DNA of 64,000 bases, from assembly GCA_964578845.1 (NCBI GenBank), contig CAZOEF010000001.1, positions 104,591 through 168,590 on the forward strand, written 5' to 3'. Under the pieces are notes generated by a model. It had not been told where the DNA came from. It made no database searches and saw only the letters and a program-made list of their open reading frames with translations. Below, piece by piece: positions 48,422 to 59,100 of the stretch. The stretch comes from Candidatus Woesearchaeota archaeon (GTDB lineage: Archaea > Nanobdellota > Nanobdellia > Pacearchaeales > GW2011-AR1). The first letter of the stretch is position 1; every line of letters begins with the position of its first letter. The translations under genes and the position numbers were made by a program.

Positions 48422-50352
48422 TCTAAACCTAATTCATCCTTCAACAATTTCAACTGATCTCTCAATGCAATAGCTAACTCAAAATCAAGATCTTCGGCGG
48501 CCTGGCGCATCTCTTTCTCTAGAACTGGAACCATTTTTTCTTTCTCTTTTTTTGGAATATGCTTAGTGTCCTTAAGAATAATTGTCTGCTCTTCTATAGG
48601 CTTTTTGATAGTTACAGGAACTATATTATTATCTTTGTTATATTTTAACTGAATATTCCTTCTTCTGTTAGTCTCTTCAACTGCATTGCTTATTGACTGT
48701 GTGATATTATCAGCATATAGAATGACTTTGGCATCAATATTTCTTGCAGCCCTTCCGATTATCTGTATCAAGCTCTGCTGGTCGCGCAAGAATCCTTCTT
48801 TATCTGCATCTAGAATAGCCACTAAGCCCAGCTCAGGAATATCTATTCCCTCCCTTAAGAGATTTATTCCAACTAGCACATCAAACTTCCCTAACCTGAA
48901 CTGCCTGATTATTTCGCTTCTTTCGAGAGTCTTTATTTCTGAATGCAAATATCTTGTCTTTATTCCAACAGAGGCAAAATAATCTGAAATCTCTTCAGCG
49001 AGTTTTTTAGTCAGGGCTGTGACTAGTATCCTGTTGCCCTCAGAAGTGACTCTTTTTATTTCAGTAATTAAGTCCTGCAGCTGATTTTCTGTAGGTTTTA
49101 CCTCAATCTCAGGATCCACTAAACCTGTCGGGCGGATCAACTGTTCGACTACGTTCTTGCTATATTCCCGCTCATATTTTCCAGGGGTTGCACTAACAAA
49201 TATCACTTTCTGCTTTTTCATGTATTCTTCAAACTCAGAAAACTTCAAAGGCCTGTTATCTAAAGCTGAAGGCAACCTGAATCCGTAATCGACTAAATTC
49301 ATTTTTCTCTGCCTGTCGCCGTTATACATTGCGTTAAGCTGGGGGATTGTCTGGTGGCTTTCATCTATGACTATCAAGAAATCATCCCCGAAATAATCTA
49401 ATAAGCAGTAAGGCTTCTCTCCTGGTTTTCTGCCGTCAAAGTGTCTTGAGTAGTTCTCAATACCCTTGCAGAAACCGATTGTCTTAAGCATCTCTATGTC
49501 ATAAGCAGTTCTCTGTTTCAGCCTATGCGACTCGATCATATCCATCTTAGGAAGCTGCTGCCTAAGCTCTTCTTCTATACTTTCAATAGCTCTAGCCATC
49601 TCATCTTCAGGCGTGACGAAATGCCTTGCAGGAAAAAGAAAATAATGGTCCATCATCTGCTGAACAGAATTATTGTTCTTGTCTATCACTGTGACCCTGT
49701 CGACTTCGTCACCAAACATTTCTACTCTGATTATGTCCTTTTCATTACCGGGAATTATATCTATAGTATCACCTTTCACCCTGAACCTTCCAGGCAATAG
49801 TTCAATGTCATTCCTTTCGTACTGGCCATCAATTAATTTTGATATCAGTTCAGTCCTGCTTATTTTCATTCCTTTAGAAAGATCTAAACCCATTCCCTTG
49901 TAGTTATCAGGATTTCCTAAACCATAGATGCAGGATACAGATGCTATGACTATAACATCTTTCCTGCTCATCAGCGAAGCGCTCGCGCTTAACCTCATCC
50001 TCTCTATAAGAGGATTTATCTGTGAGTCTTTCTCTATGTACTGGTCTTTCTGCGGCAGGTAAGATTCCGGCTGGTAATAATCATAGAATGAGATGAAATA
50101 TTCGACCCTATTATCTGGAAAGAATTCTTTGAATTCCCTATATAATTGCGCTGCGAGAGTCTTGTTATGCGCTATGACTAAAGTAGGTTTTTTCACTTTT
50201 TCAATAACATTAGCTATCGTGAAAGTCTTGCCCGAGCCAGTCACGCCTAATAAAGTCTGAAAGTTATCTTTTTTCATTCCTTCGGCTAGCTTTTTTATGG
50301 CTTCAGGCTGTGAACCTGCTGGCTTAAACGAAGACTTTATCTTGAATTCCAT
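48418..50352 (-). CDS. uvrB: Excinuclease ABC subunit B
   Basis: GVTGSGKTFT Walker A, helicase motifs, the beta-hairpin region, and the C-terminal UvrB/UvrC-interaction helix ...EDLDFELAIALRDQL... Confidence 0.95.
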   Translation of the reverse strand: MEFKIKSSFKPAGSQPEAIKKLAEGMKKDNFQTLLGVTGSGKTFTIANVIEKVKKPTLVIAHNKTLAAQLYREFKEFFPDNRVEYFISFYDYYQPESYLPQKDQYIEKDSQINPLIERMRLSASASLMSRKDVIVIASVSCIYGLGNPDNYKGMGLDLSKGMKISRTELISKLIDGQYERNDIELLPGRFRVKGDTIDIIPGNEKDIIRVEMFGDEVDRVTVIDKNNNSVQQMMDHYFLFPARHFVTPEDEMARAIESIEEELRQQLPKMDMIESHRLKQRTAYDIEMLKTIGFCKGIENYSRHFDGRKPGEKPYCLLDYFGDDFLIVIDESHQTIPQLNAMYNGDRQRKMNLVDYGFRLPSALDNRPLKFSEFEEYMKKQKVIFVSATPGKYEREYSKNVVEQLIRPTGLVDPEIEVKPTENQLQDLITEIKRVTSEGNRILVTALTKKLAEEISDYFASVGIKTRYLHSEIKTLERSEIIRQFRLGKFDVLVGINLLREGIDIPELGLVAILDADKEGFLRDQQSLIQIIGRAARNIDAKVILYADNITQSISNAVEETNRRRNIQLKYNKDNNIVPVTIKKPIEEQTIILKDTKHIPKKEKEKMVPVLEKEMRQAAEDLDFELAIALRDQLKLLKDELGLD

Positions 50353-51851
50353 TTTCTTAATGACCTTTGGTAAGTGATAGCAAACCTGTGGGCTTCATCC
50401 CTGATTGCAATCAATAGTTGTAATCCCTTGTTTTTCATACTTATCCTTAATGGTTCATCGCTTCCCGGAATATATATCTCTTCCAGGCGCTTTGCTAAAG
50501 ATATCAATGGTATTTTTAATTTTAATTCATCCAATATTTCCTTAGCTGCATTCAATTGCCCTAGTCCGCCGTCAATTACTATCAGATCAGGATTTTTCAT
50601 CGAAGATTTGAGCATTCCTGAATATCTTCTTCTTACAACTTCTTTCATCGCCAAATAATCATCCCCTCCACTAGCTAAACGGATCCTGAATTTCCTGTAA
50701 CTAGATTTATCGGGCAATCCGTCCTTGAACCTGACCATTGAAGCCACTGTATTAGTCCCTGTCAAATGCGAAATGTCAAAACATTCTATAATCAAAGGCA
50801 ATTTATTCAGGGATAATAATTTCTTAAGTTCATTCATCCTCTCGCTGCCTGAAAAGAAAGTCGCGCTTACATTCTGCAGGACGAATTCCAGAAGCTCCTT
50901 CTTATCTCCTTTTTGAGGAATGACTATTGAGACTTTTCTCCCGGCTTTTTCAGTCAGGTAATCAGTCAAGCTTTCATCTATTGATTCAGGCAGGATTATT
51001 TCCTGGGGGATAGGTGCTGAGTCATAATACTGAAGAAGAAAGTCTTCCAGGAAATCTTCATAATAATCAAAAGTAAATTCCTGCTTTCCTTCAAGTATGC
51101 CTTTGCGCATTGAAAATATAAGAAGGTATACTGAATCCCCTACTTTAAGATAATTTATGATATTTGCATCTACTGACTTAGTCATCTCTATCAATTGTTT
51201 TTCTTTTAATGTCTTGAGGGCATTTATCTGGTTCCTCAAGCTCAAGGAGTATTCATAATATGTTTTTTTGGAAGCTATGTCCATCTTCTTTTCAAGCTCC
51301 TTTATCAGCCTATCTACGTCGCCTTTGAGTATTTGCCTTGCCTGCTTTATCCTTTCCAGATAAACATCTTTTTGAATACTTTTTTTAAGGCGAGGTGAAG
51401 GTCTCCTCATAAATACCCTGAAATTTCTAGATATCACGTCTGTTATCAATTTCCTCACTGCGCCTGAAACAAACGGGCCATAATACTCCCCTTTGGCTTC
51501 CCTATAACGAACAACTTCTATCCATGGGATCTCTTCATTATGTATCCTAATATAAGCATACCTGTGGGAGTCTTTCAGATCAAGATTATATTTAGGATAA
51601 TGCTTTTTTATCAGGCTGTTCTCGAGTATCAGGGCCTCTACTTCTGTAGAAGTAGTTATGACATCAATATCTGAGATATTTTTTACTAACTGAGAAGTCT
51701 TTGGATCTAGCTCTTTTTTCTGGAAATAGCTTGAAACACGTTTACGGATATTATTAGCCTTGCCGACATAAATAATATTTCCATCCTTATCGCGAAACAA
51801 ATAACATCCCGGATCAGTCGGAAGGAAATTTATCTCATTTATTTCTACCAT
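50337..51851 (-). CDS. uvrC: Excinuclease ABC subunit C (shortened, 504 aa)
   Basis: N-terminal GIY-YIG (...GCYLFRDKDGNIIYVGKANNIRKR...), UvrBC-interacting region, and RNase H-like endonuclease domain. The C-terminal helix-hairpin-helix appears reduced. Confidence 0.85.
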   Translation of the reverse strand: MVEINEINFLPTDPGCYLFRDKDGNIIYVGKANNIRKRVSSYFQKKELDPKTSQLVKNISDIDVITTSTEVEALILENSLIKKHYPKYNLDLKDSHRYAYIRIHNEEIPWIEVVRYREAKGEYYGPFVSGAVRKLITDVISRNFRVFMRRPSPRLKKSIQKDVYLERIKQARQILKGDVDRLIKELEKKMDIASKKTYYEYSLSLRNQINALKTLKEKQLIEMTKSVDANIINYLKVGDSVYLLIFSMRKGILEGKQEFTFDYYEDFLEDFLLQYYDSAPIPQEIILPESIDESLTDYLTEKAGRKVSIVIPQKGDKKELLEFVLQNVSATFFSGSERMNELKKLLSLNKLPLIIECFDISHLTGTNTVASMVRFKDGLPDKSSYRKFRIRLASGGDDYLAMKEVVRRRYSGMLKSSMKNPDLIVIDGGLGQLNAAKEILDELKLKIPLISLAKRLEEIYIPGSDEPLRISMKNKGLQLLIAIRDEAHRFAITYQRSLRKWNSR

Positions 51852-54639
51852 TTTGCTTGAGCAGAGGCTTAAGAAATCTTGCTGTGTGTCCCTGACTATT
51901 GATTATTTCTTCCGGAGTGCCTTCTGCTAAAACCTGCCCCCCGTTTTCACCGCCTTCAGGACCTAGGTCTATTATATAGTCAGCAGATTTTATGACCTCA
52001 AGATTATGCTCAATTGTTATAATAGTATTCCCCTTATTTACTAAGCTGTGCAATACTTCAAGCAATTTATTTACATCGTGGAAATGCAGGCCTGTTGTAG
52101 GCTCATCTAATAAGTAAATAGTGTTTCCTGTCCCTCTTTTTGCTAATTCCCTGGTTAACTTTATCCTTTGGGCTTCTCCGCCTGAAAGGGTTGTGGCACT
52201 CTGGCCTAATTTGATGTAACCTAGACCTACATCTGTTAAAGTAGATAATTTCCTATGTATAGAAGGGACTGAAGAGAATATCTCTAAAGCTTCCTCAACG
52301 CTCATCTCAAGAACTTCTGCTATGTTCTTATTATTAAAGGTAACTTTTAGAGTTTCTGAATTGTACCTTTTGCCTTTGCATTCTTCGCATTCTACATACA
52401 CATCAGGCAGAAAGTTCATCTCTATCTTTATTGTTCCATCTCCCTGGCATTTCTCGCATCTTCCCCCAGGAACATTGAAAGAAAATCTCCCTGGCGAATA
52501 GCCTCGTAATTTAGATTCTTTAGTTGAGGCAAACAGATTCCTGATCTCATCAAATGCTTTGATGTAAGTTGCAGGATTGCTTCTCGGAGTCCTTCCAATT
52601 GGGCTCTGGTCTATCACGATAACCTTGTCTAATTTCCCGTTTATCTCAATTTTATCGTGCTTTCCTGGAATTACAGTAGAAGAATTTATTTTTTTCATCA
52701 GGCCTTTATAGATTATTTCTTCAAGCAGAGTTGATTTTCCTGAACCAGAGACTCCTGTCAAGCAGGTCAATACTCCTAAAGGAATATTTACATCAATGTT
52801 CTTTAGATTGTTTTCCTTGCATCCTTTGAAGTTCACTTCCCCTTTTCCTTTGCGTCTTTTTTCTGGAACAGGAATAGATAATTTTCCTGAAAGGTAGTTT
52901 CCTGTCAATGAATTAGGATCATTTGTAATTTCTTCAGGAGTTCCGATAGAGGTTATTTCACCCCCGTGAATTCCTGCGCCCGGGCCCATATCTATAACAT
53001 AATCTGCCCTGCGGATAGTGTCCTCGTCGTGCTCAACAACTATAAGAGTGTTCCCTAAATCCCTTAATGTATGCAGGGTCTCTATTAATTTTATATTATC
53101 CCTCTGGTGTAACCCGATAGATGGCTCGTCTAAGATATATAATACTCCTGTTAGATTAGATCCGATCTGAGTCGCTAAACGTATCCTCTGGGCTTCTCCT
53201 CCTGAAAGAGTTCCTGCCTGCCTGGACAAGGTCAAATAGCCTAACCCTACATCTGAAAGGAATTTTAGCCTTGCATTTATTTCCTTTAAGATCAGGCTGG
53301 CGATATCTGTTTCTTTTTTTGTCAGGTTCAATGTATTGAAAAAATCCAGACAGCTTGTTATAGAAAGATCAGTCACATCAATTATTGATTTATTGTTGAT
53401 GGTGACTGCCAGAACTTTCTCTTTCAATCTTTTTCCTTTGCAGACTAAACATGGAGTAGCGCGCATATATTTTTCAAACTCGCTCTTTCTCCAGTCGGAT
53501 GAAGTCTGCTTGTATAGCCTGTCAGACTGAGGAATCAATCCTTCCCATCCGCTCTCCATGTTCATGCTTGCTCCGTTAGACCAGCGGCCCTTTATTGACT
53601 GGGATGTTCCATATAGCAATACATCCATTTGCTTATCATTGAATTTATCTATTGGCTTAAATAAATCAAAGCCGAATTTTTTTCCGACTACCTGGAGCTG
53701 CTGTGACCTCCAGCTTAGGTCCATTTTTCCATAAAGAGCAATAGCTCCGTCCATTATGCTCTTGCTCTGGTCAGGAATAATCAAGTCAGGATCGAACTCT
53801 ATTTTCACACCTAAACCATTGCAATTCTCACAAGCTCCGAACGGGCTATTGAATGAGAACATCCTTGGCTGGAGCTCTTCTATCGAGAGGCCGCAAACAG
53901 GACAGGCCAGAGAGGATGAATACAGCTCTTCCTTATCGTTAGTTAAAGCTATCAATAATCCGTTTCCCTTTTTTAAGGAATTCTCGACTGCTTCAGTCAG
54001 CCTTGTTTTGTCCTCTAAACTTACTCGATCTATAACAGCGTCAATATCGTGCCTTTTGTAGCGCTCAAGCTTGATTTTTTCATCTGTCCTGAAGATCTTT
54101 CCATTTATCCTTGCTCTTGAATATCCTTCTGAGTTTAGGTCTTTTATTAATTGCTCATAAGTTCCTTTCTTCTGTCTTATGATCGGCGCAAGAATAGTTA
54201 TGTCTTTACTAAAATCAGAAACTATCTGGTTTACAATCTGTTCAGCTGTTCGGGATACTATTGGCAATTTATGGACCGGGCAATGCGGAGTCCCTATTCT
54301 AGCGTATAATAACCTTAGATAATCGTATACCTCGGTAACTGTTCCTACAGTGCTTCTCGGATTATTCGAAGTAGTCTTCTGCTCTATTGAAATAGCAGGT
54401 GATAAGCCTTCAATGGAATCAACATCCGGCTTGTTCATCAGTCCTAAGAACTGCCTCGCGTAAGCGCTTAAAGACTCAACGTATCTTCTCTGTCCCTCTG
54501 CGTAAAGTGTATCGAAAGCCAAAGTTGATTTTCCTGATCCTGACAATCCTGTAATTACTACAAGCTTGTTCCTTGGCAAAGTCACAGTGACATTCTTGAG
54601 ATTATGCTCTCTTGCCCCTCGAATAATAATGTCCTTCAT
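51835..54639 (-). CDS. uvrA: Excinuclease ABC subunit A
   Basis: Two ABC modules (GLSGSGKSTLAF and GVSGSGKSTLL), zinc-finger CxxC pairs, and signature LSGGEAQRI twice. Confidence 0.95.
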   Translation of the reverse strand: MKDIIIRGAREHNLKNVTVTLPRNKLVVITGLSGSGKSTLAFDTLYAEGQRRYVESLSAYARQFLGLMNKPDVDSIEGLSPAISIEQKTTSNNPRSTVGTVTEVYDYLRLLYARIGTPHCPVHKLPIVSRTAEQIVNQIVSDFSKDITILAPIIRQKKGTYEQLIKDLNSEGYSRARINGKIFRTDEKIKLERYKRHDIDAVIDRVSLEDKTRLTEAVENSLKKGNGLLIALTNDKEELYSSSLACPVCGLSIEELQPRMFSFNSPFGACENCNGLGVKIEFDPDLIIPDQSKSIMDGAIALYGKMDLSWRSQQLQVVGKKFGFDLFKPIDKFNDKQMDVLLYGTSQSIKGRWSNGASMNMESGWEGLIPQSDRLYKQTSSDWRKSEFEKYMRATPCLVCKGKRLKEKVLAVTINNKSIIDVTDLSITSCLDFFNTLNLTKKETDIASLILKEINARLKFLSDVGLGYLTLSRQAGTLSGGEAQRIRLATQIGSNLTGVLYILDEPSIGLHQRDNIKLIETLHTLRDLGNTLIVVEHDEDTIRRADYVIDMGPGAGIHGGEITSIGTPEEITNDPNSLTGNYLSGKLSIPVPEKRRKGKGEVNFKGCKENNLKNIDVNIPLGVLTCLTGVSGSGKSTLLEEIIYKGLMKKINSSTVIPGKHDKIEINGKLDKVIVIDQSPIGRTPRSNPATYIKAFDEIRNLFASTKESKLRGYSPGRFSFNVPGGRCEKCQGDGTIKIEMNFLPDVYVECEECKGKRYNSETLKVTFNNKNIAEVLEMSVEEALEIFSSVPSIHRKLSTLTDVGLGYIKLGQSATTLSGGEAQRIKLTRELAKRGTGNTIYLLDEPTTGLHFHDVNKLLEVLHSLVNKGNTIITIEHNLEVIKSADYIIDLGPEGGENGGQVLAEGTPEEIINSQGHTARFLKPLLKQNGRNK

Positions 54640-54748
54640 TGAAATTTTTTGTTTCCTCCTTTCTTAAAGCTTATGAATCTTTTAAATGGGTGAGTATCAT
54701 TCTTGAGTTAAGGCTAATATTTATAAAATTGGCTGCCTTTTTTGTGCA

Positions 54749-55120
54749 ATGACATATGTTGATGGATTTGTTTTAGTAGTTCCTAAGAAAAATTTCAATG
54801 CTTATAAGAAAATGGCTGCTGAAGGTGCTAGGTTATGGAAAAAGCACGGAGTACTTGATTATAAGGAATGTGTAGGAGATGACTTGAATCCTACCGTTGG
54901 CGGGATGAAAAGCTTAACTTTTCCGAAAATGGCCAATTCTGGAAAGAACGATGTCTGGTTTTCATTTATAACATTTAAGTCCAAAGCGCACAGGGATTTA
55001 GTCAATAAGAAGGTCATGAAAGAAATGGACCAGATGTCTGAGAAGTACAAGAATATGAAGATGCCGTTTGACTTGAAGAAAATGGCTTACGGCGGGTTTA
55101 GAACAGTAGTTGAAAAGTAA
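54749..55120 (+). CDS. DUF1428-family protein
   Basis: MTYVDGFVLVVPKKN...WKKHGVLDYKECVGDDL...MPFDLKKMAYGGF matches the DUF1428 conserved pattern. Confidence 0.5.
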   Translation: MTYVDGFVLVVPKKNFNAYKKMAAEGARLWKKHGVLDYKECVGDDLNPTVGGMKSLTFPKMANSGKNDVWFSFITFKSKAHRDLVNKKVMKEMDQMSEKYKNMKMPFDLKKMAYGGFRTVVEK

Positions 55121-55142
55121 TACTACAAATGTTTATTAATTC

Positions 55143-55553
55143 TTGGAAATTTATTTTAATATGGATCCTGTAGTACATTTTGAGATGGCAGCTGTCGATA
55201 AAGACAGAGTTAAAAAATTCTATGAAGATGCTTTCGGCTGGAAGATGACTAAATTAGGCGAAGATATGGGGGAATATATCATAGCCCATACTACAGAAAC
55301 TGATGAGAACAATATGGTAAAAACTCCCGGGGCAATAAATGGAGGCTTTTTCCAGAGAGATGATACTAAACCAGGATCGCAACATCTCTCTGTTGTGATA
55401 AGTGTAAGTGATATCAATGAGTCTATTGAAAAAGTCAAAGAAGCAGGTGGAGAAGTTTTTGGAGAACCGATGGAAATACCAGGAATAGGCACATATGTAG
55501 CTTTCCAGGATAGTGAAGGAAATAGAGTCGGGATGCTTCAGCAATCTATGTAA
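55143..55553 (+). CDS. VOC (glyoxalase/bleomycin-resistance fold) family protein
   Basis: VHFEMAAVDKDRVKKFYEDAFGW... and ...EVFGEPMEIPGIGTYVAFQDSEGNRVGMLQ, the typical paired beta-alpha-beta-beta-beta modules. Confidence 0.6.
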   Translation: MEIYFNMDPVVHFEMAAVDKDRVKKFYEDAFGWKMTKLGEDMGEYIIAHTTETDENNMVKTPGAINGGFFQRDDTKPGSQHLSVVISVSDINESIEKVKEAGGEVFGEPMEIPGIGTYVAFQDSEGNRVGMLQQSM

Positions 55554-55611
55554 TTATCTTGAGAGAGTCTCAATCAGAAAATTAATTAATGCCTAAAATC
55601 CTGATAATAAA

Positions 55612-55980
55612 ATGAATGATGATGAAGAAATCAGGAAATTAGTTGATGATTGGATGCTAGCTAGTAAGGAAGGTGATATTGATAAAGTTCTAAGTTTAAT
55701 GACAGATGATGTTATCTTTATGACTCCTGGGAATGAGCCGTTTGGAAAAGAGGCGTTCAGGAAAGCTTCTGAAGAGATGAAAGACATGAAGATTGACGGA
55801 AAGAGTAATATCAAGGAGATAAAAGTCTTAGGCGACTGGGCTTACATAAGAAATTTTATTGAAATTAAAATGAGTTCTCCAGAAAATGAAACTGTTAATA
55901 GAAAAGGATATACTTTGACGATATTGAAAAAAGAGAACGGCAAATGGAAATTATTCAGGGATGCTAATCTTGTGAGTTAG
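55612..55980 (+). CDS. SnoaL-like / NTF2-fold protein (DUF4440-like)
   Basis: ...IRKLVDDWMLASKEGDIDKVLSLMTDDVIFM... is the typical NTF2-like cone N-terminus. Confidence 0.5.
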   Translation: MNDDEEIRKLVDDWMLASKEGDIDKVLSLMTDDVIFMTPGNEPFGKEAFRKASEEMKDMKIDGKSNIKEIKVLGDWAYIRNFIEIKMSSPENETVNRKGYTLTILKKENGKWKLFRDANLVS

Positions 55981-56854
55981 GCAATACACATTCTTCCGGA
56001 TTTTTATCTTCTCTTAAACGCTTGAATACAGGAGCCCTTAATTTCCCATTTTTTGTGACTTCATGGCATGTTACTTCTGCGACTAAGATAGGCTTTACCG
56101 GTATGACTCCTGATTCGGTTTCTATTAATTCTTTTTTTAGCTTTATTTTTTCTAATTTCTCTTTTAGTTCTTTCATCGATCTTTCATTGAATCCTGTCCC
56201 GGCCTTTCCTGCATAGACAAGATTGTCTTTGTTATAGAATCCTAATGCTAAACTAGTCAATGTGCGCTTTTCAGTAGTGTAACCCAGAATGACGCAATCA
56301 ACTTCTTTGGTTATTTTTATTTTTATCCAGTCTGATGATCTTTCCCCTAAAACATAAGAGCTATCTGACTTTTTTGCTATCACTCCTTCTAACTTATTTT
56401 CCTTTACAAATCTCCAGAGTTTTTTTCCGTCTTCAGTGTAAGCTGAAAGCATTAAATTATCTCCTTCTTTTACTACTTTATCTAATATTTTCTTTCTTTT
56501 GTATAAAGGCTCTTTAAGAAGAGATTTTCCGTTATAATATAAGATGTCAAATGCAATATATTTAGCGTCTTTTGTCTTGCTTTTTTGATGCTCTCCCCAT
56601 TTTTCAAATGACGGGCGGCCTTTTTCATCGAAGACTACTATCTCCCCATCTAGGATGCATTCTTTTGCTTTCAAATCTTTAAAGAAATTAAATTCAGGAT
56701 ATTTGTTAGTTATTATTATTCCATTTCTTGAGGTGAATTTGAGTTTTGTTTTCTTGTAGCATAAAGCGCGAATTCCGTCTAGTTTTACTTCGAATAAATA
56801 TCCTTTTTTATCTAAGATGTTTTCATTGCCTATAGTCGCTAGCATCGGTTTCAT
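55964..56854 (-). CDS. ATP-dependent DNA ligase, LigD ligase-domain type (compact, 296 aa)
   Basis: Motif I EVKLDGIRAL (KxDG), ...DGEIV... motif III, ...EGVIAKK... motif IV, and ...KIK... motif V. Its start overlaps the stop of the upstream phosphoesterase-polymerase gene (ATGA). Confidence 0.8.
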   Translation of the reverse strand: MKPMLATIGNENILDKKGYLFEVKLDGIRALCYKKTKLKFTSRNGIIITNKYPEFNFFKDLKAKECILDGEIVVFDEKGRPSFEKWGEHQKSKTKDAKYIAFDILYYNGKSLLKEPLYKRKKILDKVVKEGDNLMLSAYTEDGKKLWRFVKENKLEGVIAKKSDSSYVLGERSSDWIKIKITKEVDCVILGYTTEKRTLTSLALGFYNKDNLVYAGKAGTGFNERSMKELKEKLEKIKLKKELIETESGVIPVKPILVAEVTCHEVTKNGKLRAPVFKRLREDKNPEECVLPNSQD

Positions 56855-58245
56855 TTTCTAAGTTTCTCCTTTATTGATTTTATTGAAACTCCTTTTTTGT
56901 ACATTCCTTTCCAGAGATCTTTTTTTAGTCTTGATGAATAATTGTCTAAAGTGAAATGGCGAGGCCTTATTTTTTTAACTTCTTTCCATTCTATCGGCAT
57001 CGCTATTCCTCCCCTTAATGAAGCCCTGACAGAATACGGAGCGACAGCTGTATGTGTAGGAGAATTCCTGAAATAATCCAATAACACTCTATCTTTTCTT
57101 TTTTCTATTCGCATCTGGGTAGTCATATCCTTAGGAAAATTATTTGCTAAAACATTAGCTATCTTTCCAGCAAATTCCCTAACTTCCTCCTGTTTTGTTG
57201 TTCGATCTAATGGGACTACAATATGGTATCCTTTGTTTCCTGTTGTCATAATGTAGGAAGGCATTTTCAAATCATCTAAGAATTTCTTTACTTCTAAGGC
57301 GACTCTTTGCGTTTTTTCAAAATCATTCACAGAAGGATCCAGATCGAATATCATCCTGTCCGGATAATCTAATTTGTCAGCTCTTGCAGGCCAGATATGC
57401 GGAACAACAACTTGAGTAGCTAAATAGACTATGCTTTCTTCATCGTTAGCCATAACATATTTTATTTTACTGGTCTTTCTTTTTACCTCAACTTTTTTCA
57501 TCCAGTCGGGAAAATAATCAGGAACGTGCTTTTGGAAGAATCCTTCTTCCCTTAATCCATGGGGCATCCTGAACATTGAGATAGGACGATTTTTTATGTG
57601 TTCTAACATCAGCGGAGCTGCTTTTTTGTAATATTCAGCGAAATCTTTTTTTGTTAGATTAGCGAAGATCTCTTTTTTTGCATTTGTTATCTCTATTTTT
57701 TTCTTATTTACTGTAAAGAACTCTGAAGGGGATTTTTCATCTTCCTTATTTTCTATCGCTTCCTCATCGTTCATCTTTATTAGAAGCCAGTTTTTTCCTT
57801 CCATCTTGTTGAAAGCGAATCCTCCTCTTAGTCGATCTCCTTTAAGCCAGATTATGAAGTGGCCTTTTTCTATCCATTTTGATAAAGGCTCTAGCTTGCT
57901 GTCTTTTATTGTCATATTCACAAAATATCCATTGTCCCAGATCTCTACATTACCTGCTCCGTAATTCCCTTCAGGTATTACTCCTTCGAACTTGCCGTAT
58001 TCTATAGGATGGTCTTCAACGTGGACTGCTAAACGCTTGTCCTTAGTTGACATACTCGGTTCCTTTGGAACAGCCCAGGATTTTAGAACTCCGTCAACCT
58101 CTATCCTGAAATCATAATGAAGCCTTCTGGCTGCATGTTTTTGGATTACAAACGTCGCTTTTTTCGCCTTCTTTTCGACTTTTCCCTTTGGCTCTGAAGT
58201 CTTAGTGAAGTCGCGCTTTTTCTTATATTCATTTAATTTGGCCAT
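56851..58245 (-). CDS. LigD 3'-phosphoesterase (PE) domain fused to LigD polymerase/primase (Pol) domain
   Basis: PE: ...KRDFTKTSEP..., ...HAARRLHYDFRIEVDGVLKSWAVPKEPS..., ...HVEDHPIEY...YGAGNVEIWDNG... Pol: ...FFQKHVPDYFP..., ...DLDP..., ...TTGNKGYHIVVPL..., ...AVAPYSVRA... Confidence 0.8.
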   Translation of the reverse strand: MAKLNEYKKKRDFTKTSEPKGKVEKKAKKATFVIQKHAARRLHYDFRIEVDGVLKSWAVPKEPSMSTKDKRLAVHVEDHPIEYGKFEGVIPEGNYGAGNVEIWDNGYFVNMTIKDSKLEPLSKWIEKGHFIIWLKGDRLRGGFAFNKMEGKNWLLIKMNDEEAIENKEDEKSPSEFFTVNKKKIEITNAKKEIFANLTKKDFAEYYKKAAPLMLEHIKNRPISMFRMPHGLREEGFFQKHVPDYFPDWMKKVEVKRKTSKIKYVMANDEESIVYLATQVVVPHIWPARADKLDYPDRMIFDLDPSVNDFEKTQRVALEVKKFLDDLKMPSYIMTTGNKGYHIVVPLDRTTKQEEVREFAGKIANVLANNFPKDMTTQMRIEKRKDRVLLDYFRNSPTHTAVAPYSVRASLRGGIAMPIEWKEVKKIRPRHFTLDNYSSRLKKDLWKGMYKKGVSIKSIKEKLRK

Positions 58246-58283
58246 AGCTTAGAATAAGAGTTTAGGAGATATAAGGGTTGTGA

Positions 58284-58682
58284 TTAGATCAACCTAATTG
58301 CTTCCTCAGGAGTTATTATTTTTATTTCCCTGTATTGCTTTATATTAAGCAGATGCCTATCGTAAGTTATAATATATTCAGAATTAGAGTCAACGGCGCA
58401 TTCAAGTATCTTATCATCATCTGGGTCGTCCTTGACTATCTTTAATTTGGTTTTGGGCTCTACGACCCTGATAATGCCGATTAAATTACTTAGGATTTTT
58501 TCTATTCCTTTATTATCATACTTGAAATCCCTGGCCAAGACTTCGCTAAATTCTGTCAATATGCTCTCTGTGGAGAATAATTTATAGTCTTTCTTTATGA
58601 ATTTGATTAGGGCTTTGTGGGCAACGCTTTTATTCCATTGAGTGGCTGAAATAAGGAAATTTGTATCCAGGGTAATCCTCAT
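58284..58682 (-). CDS. PIN-domain ribonuclease, VapC-like toxin
   Basis: ITLDTNFLI..., ...DDPDDDKILECA..., ...ITYDRHL..., the PIN acidic quartet pattern. Confidence 0.7.
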   Translation of the reverse strand: MRITLDTNFLISATQWNKSVAHKALIKFIKKDYKLFSTESILTEFSEVLARDFKYDNKGIEKILSNLIGIIRVVEPKTKLKIVKDDPDDDKILECAVDSNSEYIITYDRHLLNIKQYREIKIITPEEAIRLI

Positions 58683-58955
58683 CTATTTTAATCTTCTAAG
58701 CCTGTGCACTAGATCAGCAGAATCGCTTTCTTTTATGCCTAATTTTTCAGCCTTTTTGCTTCCTTCTTTGGCTATTTTCTCTATCTGTTTTAATAAGTCT
58801 TTTTTAGAAGGCATTTCAACTTTCTTTAAGATAATAGTATCTCCGCTAGTCATGACTAAGAAAATCGTGCCTTCCTTGGCTTCTAATTCATTTCTGGCAT
58901 CTTGAGGAATAACAACCTGTCCTCTGGATGACATTTTAGTGGTTTCAATCTTCAT
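58683..58955 (-). CDS. AbrB/SpoVT-fold antitoxin (VapB-like)
   Basis: ...MSSRGQVVIPQDARNELEAKEGTIFLV... swapped-hairpin. Its stop is adjacent to the PIN gene start. Confidence 0.65.
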   Translation of the reverse strand: MKIETTKMSSRGQVVIPQDARNELEAKEGTIFLVMTSGDTIILKKVEMPSKKDLLKQIEKIAKEGSKKAEKLGIKESDSADLVHRLRRLK

Positions 58956-59100
58956 CTTACTTTCTTATTATAAGAATATCTTATATTTAAACATTTGTAG
59001 CTTTAGTGCCTAAGATTCCTCCATTAACTCCCTTGAAAATTTAGTTTATTTATTAATAAGCCTCTCAAAAATGAGGGGATTTTGGGATTGAGAAGGTTTA